Shown one piece after another: positions 56,552-64,000 of a DNA stretch of 64,000 nt (position 1 is the first letter of the stretch; the number at the start of each line of letters is the position of its first letter). Origin of the DNA: Candidatus Eiseniibacteriota bacterium (lineage in GTDB: Bacteria > Eisenbacteria > RBG-16-71-46 > JABDJR01); NCBI GenBank assembly GCA_963762255.1, contig CAVXKA010000002.1, positions 32,001-96,000 on the forward strand. The letters run 5' to 3'. The position numbers were made by a program, and so were the translations under genes. The notes under the pieces were generated by a model that was not told where the DNA came from, did no database searches, and saw only the letters and a program-made list of their open reading frames with translations.

Positions 56552-57882
56552 TAAGGGAGCTTCAGGAGCGCGCCCGCCCGCAGGCGGTTCGGGTTCTTGA
56601 TCCCGTTGAGGCGCTTGAGCGCGCCCACGCTCGTGCCGAAGCGCGCGGCGATGGTTCCCAGCGTCTCGCCGCTCCGCACGCGGTAGGTCGTCTGGGGCTC
56701 GGTCGGAGGCCGCTGGGACTCCGGTAGTGCGGCGAAGAGCGCTCCGGCGTTCGGGCCCGTCGAGGACGGCAGCCGGAGCGTGAACCCCTTGGGGAGGTAA
56801 CGCTCACCCTTGGTTCCGGCCGCGGTGAAGGCGGGATTGAGAGCGGCCAATTCCGCAACGGAAAGCCCGAGGCCTCGCGCGAGATCCGGCGCGCGGACGA
56901 ACGCCGGGAGGGTGAAGGTCGCGAACGGAAGCGGCTCGTCGAGCGCGATGTCCCCTGGATTCTCGAGCAGGGAATCCGCGGCTTGCATGGCGGCCAGGAA
57001 CTCCGGGTAGAAGTTGCGGCCGGCGAAGCCGAAGAGGGGACCGCTGTAGCCCTGGATGATGGCAGCCATGTCGCTCCCACCCATCTCCCGCACCGCGTTC
57101 TGCATCCCGTCCACGCCATGGTTGTAGGACGTGATCGCCACCGGCCACGAGCCCAACGCATTGCGGGCTTCGCGAAGGTATCGGGCGGCCGCGCGCGCGG
57201 CGGTGAAGGGATCGAGCCGCTCATCCACCGCGTCGTTCACGAGCATGTAGCGGCGCGCGGTCGAGGACATGAACTGCCACATTCCCGCCGCGCCCACCGA
57301 GGATCGGGCGTTCCATGTGTAGGAGGACTCCACATGGGGTAGATGCACCAGTTCTTCGGGGACCCCTTCCTCGCGGAAGATGGCGCGGAAGTCGTCGGCG
57401 TAGCGAGCCTGACGCGCCACGCCGGCCAGAAAGCGCTCGCGGATCCCTCGCTGGATCCGCAGGGACTCGGCGGCGCGCCGGTAGACCTCGGGATCGCGGC
57501 TCCCCTCCCAGATGAAGTGATAACGGCGAAGGCGGCCATCCAGGCGATCGTAGTCCACGGTGGGTTCGGCCAGACGGAGGAGGTCGGCCGCGATGGCCTC
57601 CTTCCACGCGGCCTTGAGATCGTCCCGTTCACGCTCCCGCGCCCGCGATCCATCCGGCGGAGGGAGGCGCCGCACCTCGTAGATGCGGCTTAAGTCCCTG
57701 GCGTCGTGGAAGACGAGTTGCTCCGCGTCCCAGCGCGTGAATACGTCCCGCCAGAAGGACACCGCCGGGGAGAGGGAGGGAGGGCAGGGGAACGGGTCGA
57801 CCTCCGCGGCGCGCGCGGGCGCCGGAACCAGGGTGGTGAGCGCGACCGCGAGTGCGAGGAGAGCCCGGCGTGGTGAGAGCAT
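56548..57882 (-). CDS. lytic murein transglycosylase (MltD-like, SLT plus LysM)
   Basis: signal peptide; LPHVESS, S.VGAAGMWQFM..TAR.Y, DERLD, AITSYNHG, NFYPEF; C-terminal LysM YRVRSGETLGTIAARFGTSV. Confidence 0.9.
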   Translation of the reverse strand: MLSPRRALLALAVALTTLVPAPARAAEVDPFPCPPSLSPAVSFWRDVFTRWDAEQLVFHDARDLSRIYEVRRLPPPDGSRARERERDDLKAAWKEAIAADLLRLAEPTVDYDRLDGRLRRYHFIWEGSRDPEVYRRAAESLRIQRGIRERFLAGVARQARYADDFRAIFREEGVPEELVHLPHVESSYTWNARSSVGAAGMWQFMSSTARRYMLVNDAVDERLDPFTAARAAARYLREARNALGSWPVAITSYNHGVDGMQNAVREMGGSDMAAIIQGYSGPLFGFAGRNFYPEFLAAMQAADSLLENPGDIALDEPLPFATFTLPAFVRAPDLARGLGLSVAELAALNPAFTAAGTKGERYLPKGFTLRLPSSTGPNAGALFAALPESQRPPTEPQTTYRVRSGETLGTIAARFGTSVGALKRLNGIKNPNRLRAGALLKLPY

Positions 57883-57982
57883 CCTGACTCATGATATCGG
57901 CGCCAGCCGCTTCGACTCAATCTTTCTTGCTTCGAGGCGGCCGGTGGCTGGCCGATTGCGCGCATGGTAAGCTTCAACGCTC

Positions 57983-59251
57983 ATGTCGCCGGTCGCATGG
58001 TTCCATCGGGTCCCCAGGGCTGCTCGGCGCGCCATGGCGCGGGCGGCGCTCCTGTGCGCGGCCCTCGTTATCGTCTCCCTTTCGGCGCCGATCGCCCGAG
58101 CGGGCGATCGGATCGATCTGCAGCGCGCGGCTCTCGAGCATTACGACGCGACCTTCCTCGCCCGCGCCCGGGCCTACCACGTGCCGCGGTACGTCGCCTA
58201 TTTCGTGCAGACTGCGGTGATCCTGGCCGCGGCCTGGGCGCTGGCCGCAGGGCCCCTCGGGCGCTGGTCCGCGGGCGCGCTGGGCGTTTCGAGGGGGACC
58301 CCCTGGCTCGCCCGGCTGCTGCTGCTGAGCCTCCTGTATGCCGGCTTCACGCTCCTCTCCCTGCCGTTCACGATCTGGCGCTACCTGCAAGCTCGCGCCT
58401 ACGGGCTTCGCCATGATGCGTGGGGGCCGTTCCTCGCCGACTGGGCGAAAGGGGTCGGCATCGGCTGGATCCTCGTCGCAGTGGTCGGGCTCCTGGTTCT
58501 GGCCTGCGTTGCGACGTGGCCGCGATGGGGGTGGGCCGTGGCCGCGAGCGCGGTGGCCGTGCTCTCCCTCGCGTACGCTGCCGCTGCCCCGCTCGTGATC
58601 GATCCGCTCTTCAACAAGATCACCCCGTTGGGTGACCACGCCCTTGAGCAGAGGCTCCTCGGCATCGCCCGCGCCGGGGGCGTCCCCGCCAAGGAGGTGT
58701 GGGTCTCGGACGCCAGCCGGCGGAGCCGCACCGTGAACGCATACTTCACCGGCCTGGGGAAGACGCGGCGCATCGTCGTCTACGACACCCTGGTGGAGAA
58801 GTTTCCTCCCGAGGAGGTGGGCCTCGTGGTGGCCCACGAAGCGGGGCACTGGAAGTACCACCACGTGAACGTGGGCCTGGCCCTCGGGCTTGCCGCGGCC
58901 GCGCTCGGTCTCTTTCTGGGGCAGGCGGTGCTGTTGCGGTGGGTCGCCTCGGCGCGGCACGGGCTGGCGGGCCTCGGCGATCCGGCTCTGGTCTTCCCCG
59001 CCTACGCGCTCTATCTGACCCTGAGCGTCGTTGCGGTCGTTCCTTCCAACTGGATCTCGCGGCGGATGGAGACGCAGGCCGACCTCGCCTCGATCGCGCT
59101 CACCGGAGATCCCGAGACGTTCATCCGCGCCGAGGAACGCTTGGGCCGGGAGAATCTTTCCGACGTTCTTCCCCCGGCCTGGATCGAAGCGACGCTCTTC
59201 ACCCACCCTGCCACCAGCCGGCGGATTCTCCTTGCGGAGCGGGCGCGATGA
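57983..59251 (+). CDS. M48 family (Ste24/HtpX-like) membrane zinc peptidase
   Basis: TM N-domain, P..IDPLFN..TPL, DASRRS...NAYFTGLG.TRRIVVYDTL, VAHEAGH (HExxH), SR..E..AD, THP...RRI. Confidence 0.92.
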   Translation: MSPVAWFHRVPRAARRAMARAALLCAALVIVSLSAPIARAGDRIDLQRAALEHYDATFLARARAYHVPRYVAYFVQTAVILAAAWALAAGPLGRWSAGALGVSRGTPWLARLLLLSLLYAGFTLLSLPFTIWRYLQARAYGLRHDAWGPFLADWAKGVGIGWILVAVVGLLVLACVATWPRWGWAVAASAVAVLSLAYAAAAPLVIDPLFNKITPLGDHALEQRLLGIARAGGVPAKEVWVSDASRRSRTVNAYFTGLGKTRRIVVYDTLVEKFPPEEVGLVVAHEAGHWKYHHVNVGLALGLAAAALGLFLGQAVLLRWVASARHGLAGLGDPALVFPAYALYLTLSVVAVVPSNWISRRMETQADLASIALTGDPETFIRAEERLGRENLSDVLPPAWIEATLFTHPATSRRILLAERAR

Positions 59252-60174
59252 TCACCGTTCGCGGGCTCACCAAGGAATACGCCCACGTGGCCGCGCTCAA
59301 GGGCATCAGCTTCGAGGTGGCGCAAGGCGAGATCGTCGGTTTCCTGGGACCCAACGGCGCGGGGAAGACGACGACGCTGCGCATCCTCACGGGCTTCATG
59401 CCCGCCACCGACGGCGAGGTTCGCGTGGGCGGCTTCGACGTGCGCTCGGCCTCGCGTGCGGTGCGCAAGACGACCGGTTATCTCCCGGAGGATGTCCCGC
59501 TCTATCGGGACCTCAGCGTGACGGATTTCCTCGCCTACATGGGCGGGCTGAAGGAGATAGCGCCCGGCCGCCTTCGGGGTGAGATCGAGCGCGTGATCTC
59601 CCTGGCGGGTCTGGAATCGGTGCGCGACCGCCTCCTCTCGAAGTGCTCGAAGGGTTACCGCCAGCGGGCGGGTCTGGCCATGGCGCTCCTGGGCGACCCG
59701 TCCGTGCTGCTTCTCGACGAGCCCACCAGCGGGCTCGACCCCAACCAGGTGGCGGAAGTACGCGAGTTCATCCGTGGGCTCGGGGGAACGAAGACGGTCC
59801 TTCTCTCCAGTCACATTCTCTCCGAGGTGAGCCAGATTTGCGGGCGCGTTCTGATCGTTCACGAAGGGCGCCTCGTCGCGGCCGGCGCCCCGGAAGAGTT
59901 GGCGCGGCGCTACGGGACGGGGCAACGCCTGGTCGTGCGTGCCCGCGGTGCGAAGCCGGAGGCGCTGCGCGCGCTCCCCGGTGTGCTGCGGGTCGATTCG
60001 CCGGTCTCCGGTACCTACCATGTCGCCGTCGAGGATGCGGAAGACGCCGCCCCGAGAGTGGCCCAAGCGCTCATCGCGCACGGAGCGGAACTCCTGGAAC
60101 TTCGCCGGGAAGCGGTGGATCTGGAAGCGGTCTTCCGCGCGGTCACCTCCGCACGGGGGGAGGGGCCGGCATGA
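59248..60174 (+). CDS. ABC transporter ATP-binding protein (GldA-like)
   Basis: GPNGAGKTT, CSKGYRQR.GLA signature, LLLDEPTSGLDP, SSHILSEV. Confidence 0.92.
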   Translation: MITVRGLTKEYAHVAALKGISFEVAQGEIVGFLGPNGAGKTTTLRILTGFMPATDGEVRVGGFDVRSASRAVRKTTGYLPEDVPLYRDLSVTDFLAYMGGLKEIAPGRLRGEIERVISLAGLESVRDRLLSKCSKGYRQRAGLAMALLGDPSVLLLDEPTSGLDPNQVAEVREFIRGLGGTKTVLLSSHILSEVSQICGRVLIVHEGRLVAAGAPEELARRYGTGQRLVVRARGAKPEALRALPGVLRVDSPVSGTYHVAVEDAEDAAPRVAQALIAHGAELLELRREAVDLEAVFRAVTSARGEGPA

Positions 60175-60198
60175 TCCGAATCGGGGAGGTTCGCCTTC

Positions 60199-60954
60199 AT
60201 GCGTAGCGTGTGGCTCGTCGCGAAGCGGGAGTTTCTCGCCTACTGGACTTCGCCCGTCGCGTACGCCGTGCTCGCGGTGTACCTCGTCCTGGCGGGCACC
60301 TTCTTCTTCGGAGAGCTCTCCGGATTCGTCGCTCTCTCCAGCAGAACGGGTGGTGAGTCGGTCGATGTGAACCAGCAGGTAATCCGGCCGTATCTCTACA
60401 GCGTGTCCGTGATGGTGCTCTTTCTGCTTCCTCTGGTGAGCATGCGGCTTCTCGCCGAGGAGAAGCGGCAGGGGACGTTGGAGATCCTGCTCACCACGCC
60501 GGTGCGGGAATCGGCGGTGGTGCTGGGAAAGTTCCTGGCCTCGCTTGGGTTGTACGTGGCTATGTTGCTCGGCTCCGCCGCGCATGTCGGAGTGCTCTTC
60601 GCCTACGGGGATCCCGAGTGGGGCCCGGTGGCCACCGGGTTCCTCGGACTCTTCCTCACCGGCGGCGCGTACTTGGCCATCGGCCTCTTTCTCTCCGCGC
60701 TCACCCAGAATCAGGTCGTGGCGGCCACGGCCTCCTTCGCCCTGTTCCTCGCCCTTTGGCTTGCCCACTGGTTGGGGAGCATTACTTCGGGAATGCTCGC
60801 CGCGGTGCTCACTGCGATCTCCTTCGCCGGCCACTTCGAGAACTTCGGTCGCGGCGTGCTGGACACCGCGGACATCGTGTACTACGTCTCTCTCATTGCC
60901 GTGGGCCTCTTCGCCTCCACCCAGGCCGTCCTGGCGTCCCGGTGGAAGCCGTGA
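60199..60954 (+). CDS. ABC-2 permease (GldF-like)
   Basis: AKREF..Y..SP.AY, SMRLLAEEKRQGTLEILLT.P, VLGKFLA, SALTQNQVVA, HFENFGRG.LD. Confidence 0.9.
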   Translation: MRSVWLVAKREFLAYWTSPVAYAVLAVYLVLAGTFFFGELSGFVALSSRTGGESVDVNQQVIRPYLYSVSVMVLFLLPLVSMRLLAEEKRQGTLEILLTTPVRESAVVLGKFLASLGLYVAMLLGSAAHVGVLFAYGDPEWGPVATGFLGLFLTGGAYLAIGLFLSALTQNQVVAATASFALFLALWLAHWLGSITSGMLAAVLTAISFAGHFENFGRGVLDTADIVYYVSLIAVGLFASTQAVLASRWKP

Positions 60955-62423
60955 TGCGCCGCCTGGATCTGCTCGGGTACCTCGGACTTCTTCTTGTCGC
61001 GGCGGCGGCGTTGACACGACTTCTCGTCGCCGGGTCCGGCCCGGCCGCGCTCGGCCTGGCTGCTCTGGGGGCGGCGCTCTTCCTCGTCTATTTCTTCCGT
61101 GCCGGTCACGACATCCAGCACTTCCTCTCGTTGCGCGCCACGCAGGAGGGGGGCAACGTGCTGGGCACGGCAGTGTTCGTTGTGGCGATCGCGGTCCTTG
61201 TGAACGTGCTGGCGTCGCACTTCCGCGCGCAAACGGACGTCACCCGGGACAAGTTGTTCACTCTCGCTCCGGAGACCGCGGCGGCCCTTCACAGCGCTCC
61301 CTCGCCGCCGGAGATCCTCGCCTTCTATCCCGAAGGCGACCCGACGCGAGCGGATATAGCGGCGCTAGCCGATGCAGCGCGAATGGTCGACCCGGCCGTC
61401 GTCTTTCGGGCGGTGGATCCCGATCGCGAACCGGGCGAAGCCTTTCGCTTCAACCTGCGCGAACCCACGACCGTGGTGCGGGTGGGGGAGAGGCACGAGA
61501 CCTTCAACGGCGCGCGGGAGACGGACTTTCTCGGGGCGCTCCTGCGCGCGTCGCGGCCGGGCAAGCGCGCCCGCATCGCGTTTCTCCGCGGTCACGGCGA
61601 GCCCACGTTCAACGATGCCTCGCCGCGGGGCGCGCGGAGCGCGGCCGAGGCGCTCGACTCGCGCGGGTACTCGGTTGTTGGGCTGGGCCTCCTCGACGGA
61701 CGATCGCCGCGCGATTCCGTGGACGTTCTTGTCGTGGCCGGCCCCCAGGTTCCATTCGTGCCCGCCGAGGAGGAGAGCCTCCGCGTATTCCTGGCCGGAG
61801 GCGGACGCCTGCTCGTGCTTCTCGATCCAGCGTGGCCGGTCACGATGGACTCCACCCTGGCCCGCTTCGGGATGCGGTTCGTCCCGCGCTTCCTGGCCGA
61901 TCCTTCCGGTCGCGAGCCGCAGGTCCTGCTTCCGGGAGAGTACTCTTCGCACCCCGCGGTGGCCGCGCTTCGGCGGCGCAGCCTGCCGGTCGTGCTTCGC
62001 GGCGTCGGCGAGATTCTGCTCTCACGTCCATCGGTGGCGGGAACCCGACAGGCGGCGTTGATCCGATCGAGCGCGGGCACGGTGACGGTGAACGATCCCG
62101 GATCGGAGCCGTCGGCGCGTGTTCTAGCGGCGGCGGCGGAGTGGCCCGCGTCGACCCGGCCGGGGCGGCTCATTCTGGTGGGGGACGACGATTTCGCGAC
62201 GCAGGAGCTCTTTGGCGTGCTGGGGGATGCTGACTTCTTCCTGGGGTGCGTGCAGTGGTTGGCCGACGAGGAATCCTCGATCCAGCTTCGTCCGCGTGAG
62301 CGGACGAGCCGCCCCGTGCTCTTGACCCGGCAGCAAGGCCGGGCGCTCATGGTTCTGCTCGTCGGCGCGCTACCGTTCGGTGTGCTCGTGGCGGGCGCGG
62401 CCGCCTGGTGGCGGAGAAGGTAG
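60954..62423 (+). CDS. GldG family ABC-type auxiliary component
   Basis: D.T.DKLFTL..ET, F.VDPD..P, FL.GHGEP, LVVAGP, FLAGGGRLLVLLDP, LVGD.DF, WLADEE, C-terminal TM plus WWRRR. Confidence 0.85.
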   Translation: MRRLDLLGYLGLLLVAAAALTRLLVAGSGPAALGLAALGAALFLVYFFRAGHDIQHFLSLRATQEGGNVLGTAVFVVAIAVLVNVLASHFRAQTDVTRDKLFTLAPETAAALHSAPSPPEILAFYPEGDPTRADIAALADAARMVDPAVVFRAVDPDREPGEAFRFNLREPTTVVRVGERHETFNGARETDFLGALLRASRPGKRARIAFLRGHGEPTFNDASPRGARSAAEALDSRGYSVVGLGLLDGRSPRDSVDVLVVAGPQVPFVPAEEESLRVFLAGGGRLLVLLDPAWPVTMDSTLARFGMRFVPRFLADPSGREPQVLLPGEYSSHPAVAALRRRSLPVVLRGVGEILLSRPSVAGTRQAALIRSSAGTVTVNDPGSEPSARVLAAAAEWPASTRPGRLILVGDDDFATQELFGVLGDADFFLGCVQWLADEESSIQLRPRERTSRPVLLTRQQGRALMVLLVGALPFGVLVAGAAAWWRRR

Positions 62424-62427
62424 CGGG

Positions 62428-63774
62428 ATGGGTCGCCGGGCACTCCTGATCAGTGCGGTGGTCTTTGTCATCCTGCTCGTTCTTACCCTCACGCTCATGA
62501 GAAATCGAAACGCGGAACCTGAACCTCCCTTCTTTGCTTTGCGGCGGAGCCTCCCCGACACCCTGACCGTGGCCTACGGCCCCGACACCACCGTTCTGGT
62601 CCCGCGGGCGGAGGGAGGTGGGTGGGACGTGGTGAGGCCTGTGCAGGATGCCGCTGACGTGGTCGCGGTGAACGCGCTTCTCAAGCGGCTCGAACGTCTT
62701 CCCGTCGAGGCGCGGCGCTTTCCGCTCACACGGGAGAAGTTGGACACCTACGGGATGCGTTACCCGCGGGCGATGTTGCGGGCGGCGTATCGAGGCGGAC
62801 TTCCTCCGGACACGCTCCTCGTGGGCGCGTTCACGCCGAGCGGGGACTTCGACTACGTACGGGTCGGAAGCGGGATGGAGGTGGCCCTGCTCGAATCCCG
62901 GCAGACCCGCACGTACCTGCTCAAATCGACCCTCGAGCTGCGGGATACCGTACTCCTGCCATTCCCCGATTTCCGTGCCGTCAACGTGCGGTGGATCGGC
63001 TCCGGGGGAGCGGTGCGGGCCGAGGTGTCGCGGGATTCGGACGGAGCATGGCGGGTGATCCGACCCTTTCCGGGCCCTGCGGATCCCCAGAAGCTTCGGG
63101 AATACCTGCTCTCCCTGAACCATATGCACATCGAGCATTTCGGCCCGGAGAGAGGGTGGCAGCCTGCGGCGTATGGACTCGCCTCCCCCGTGACCGCGGT
63201 CGTGGTGGCGACGTCCGATGGCGACACGATCGGCGCCGCTCTCGGCAACCCCGTCCCCGGAGATTCCAATCTGTGCTATGCATACTCCTCGGGTCGGACG
63301 CATCTACTCGAAGTCCCTATGAAGTATCGGGAGGTGCTTCTTGGCTCGGTGGACCCCCTGCGGGAGCGGGCGCCCTTCGGTTTCGGTCTCGACCGCGTGG
63401 ATTCCGTGCACGTGGAACACGCCGGCGATTCCGTGACGATCGCTCTCGCGGATGGTGCGCCGGCGACTCGGGGAGCGCGTGAGGCGCTCGGCAACTGGGT
63501 GCGCCTGCGTGCCGAGCGATTCGAGCCTGCTGATGCGGGCGCGCTCGATCGTTGGGGGCTCTTGCGCGTGGAGGGTCGCTTGGTCTGGTTCGGAGCCGGA
63601 GACACCCTGGCGATCGTGGACGTGGGTGGTGAAGAGGCGGGGTGGCGCGCGATTCGAGTGTCCGGTGGGCGAGCGGCGCGACCGGGTGAAATCCTGCTTC
63701 TCTCCAGCGCCGCCATCGAACCTCTCTGGACGACCCTGCGTGCGCGCGCCCGCGGCGAGGGCGGCGCGCCTTGA
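62428..63774 (+). CDS. DUF4340-like domain protein
   Basis: N-terminal anchor; repeated W....P....AD...V..LL..L, L..YG...P modules; typical partner of GldAFG-like ABC systems. Confidence 0.75.
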   Translation: MGRRALLISAVVFVILLVLTLTLMRNRNAEPEPPFFALRRSLPDTLTVAYGPDTTVLVPRAEGGGWDVVRPVQDAADVVAVNALLKRLERLPVEARRFPLTREKLDTYGMRYPRAMLRAAYRGGLPPDTLLVGAFTPSGDFDYVRVGSGMEVALLESRQTRTYLLKSTLELRDTVLLPFPDFRAVNVRWIGSGGAVRAEVSRDSDGAWRVIRPFPGPADPQKLREYLLSLNHMHIEHFGPERGWQPAAYGLASPVTAVVVATSDGDTIGAALGNPVPGDSNLCYAYSSGRTHLLEVPMKYREVLLGSVDPLRERAPFGFGLDRVDSVHVEHAGDSVTIALADGAPATRGAREALGNWVRLRAERFEPADAGALDRWGLLRVEGRLVWFGAGDTLAIVDVGGEEAGWRAIRVSGGRAARPGEILLLSSAAIEPLWTTLRARARGEGGAP

Positions 63775-63851
63775 TGGAGTCCTCGCAGGTTGGTAGCATC
63801 ATCGGTCCTCGCTGGGACCGAACCTGGATACAGAAAGGACGCGGTCTTTCC

Positions 63852-64000
63852 ATGCTGTTGCGGACTTCTTGCTCTCGTCGGGTCCTTGTCGCTGTCTCGC
63901 TCGCCTTTGCTGCGGCTGCTTCGCCCGCGCTGGCCGAGACGCGAGTGGGGGGACGACTGACCGACGCCGTCACCACCTGGGACAAGCTCGGCAGCCCGTA
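63852..64000 (+). CDS. secreted protein, N-terminal fragment (runs off the window); possibly a beta-helix repeat protein
   Basis: RBS AAAGGA; MLLRTSCSRRVLVAVSLAFAAAASPALA signal peptide followed by ETRVGG.L....TTW...GSP. Confidence 0.6.
   Translation, partial: MLLRTSCSRRVLVAVSLAFAAAASPALAETRVGGRLTDAVTTWDKLGSP

Noticed and set aside
355-61017. Many long antisense or alternate-frame ORFs (e.g. 19909-22053, 30377-32575, 37441-39756, 59011-61017)
   Set aside because: Shadow ORFs expected in high-GC DNA; they overlap well-supported genes and have Arg/Pro/Ala-rich, motif-free translations.
62340-62423. C-terminal TM plus WWRRR tail of the GldG-like protein as an exosortase target
   Set aside because: This tail is the normal GldG-family membrane anchor and has no PEP-like signature before the helix.
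1188-62427. Long N-terminal extensions in the ORF track (1188, 6491, 9739, 21738, 26079, 35160, 53170, 53907, 58699, 60618)
   Set aside because: They overlap upstream genes; real starts are the downstream codons with stop/start coupling and family-typical N-termini.
1-64000. CRISPR arrays, IS elements, prophage or defence genes
   Set aside because: No regularly spaced DNA repeats or such protein motifs were seen; the repeats found are protein-level (FN3, TPR, propeller, beta-helix).

Overview
GC-rich bacterial chromosomal segment from a diderm organism, holding about 52 tightly packed, mostly + strand genes. No rRNA, tRNA, CRISPR array or mobile element was seen. The C-terminal motifs on secreted proteins suggest an FCB-associated lineage such as Ca. 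Eisenbacteria (inference only). About 1-45 kb is a large cell-surface polysaccharide and protein-sorting locus: many GT4/GT2 glycosyltransferases, two GT-C-type membrane proteins, ManC, GalT, GlgA, Wza plus a split Wzc, a Wzy/O-antigen-ligase-like protein, a Wzx flippase, two CapK/phenylacetate-CoA-ligase-like enzymes, exosortase-EpsI-deacetylase, a TPR lipoprotein-PrsK-PrsR module and a priming sugar transferase. The rest holds an OM barrel-TPR-SpoIVB peptidase-propeller cluster, asd-dapB, two more GT4s, an MltD-like transglycosylase, and an M48 peptidase-GldA/F/G-like ABC-DUF4340 operon. Most notable: the exosortase/PrsK/PrsR machinery has no PEP-CTERM substrate in the window. Instead, the only good sigma-54 promoter found (30251), with a candidate enhancer repeat, precedes a fibronectin-repeat protein with a T9SS/FlgD-like C-terminal domain directly upstream of the exosortase. 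A second secreted protein carries a short TPT..TWGQLK tail that looks like another sorting signal. Two frameshifts (a GT2 and asd) both lie in 7-nt homopolymers and are probably sequencing errors.
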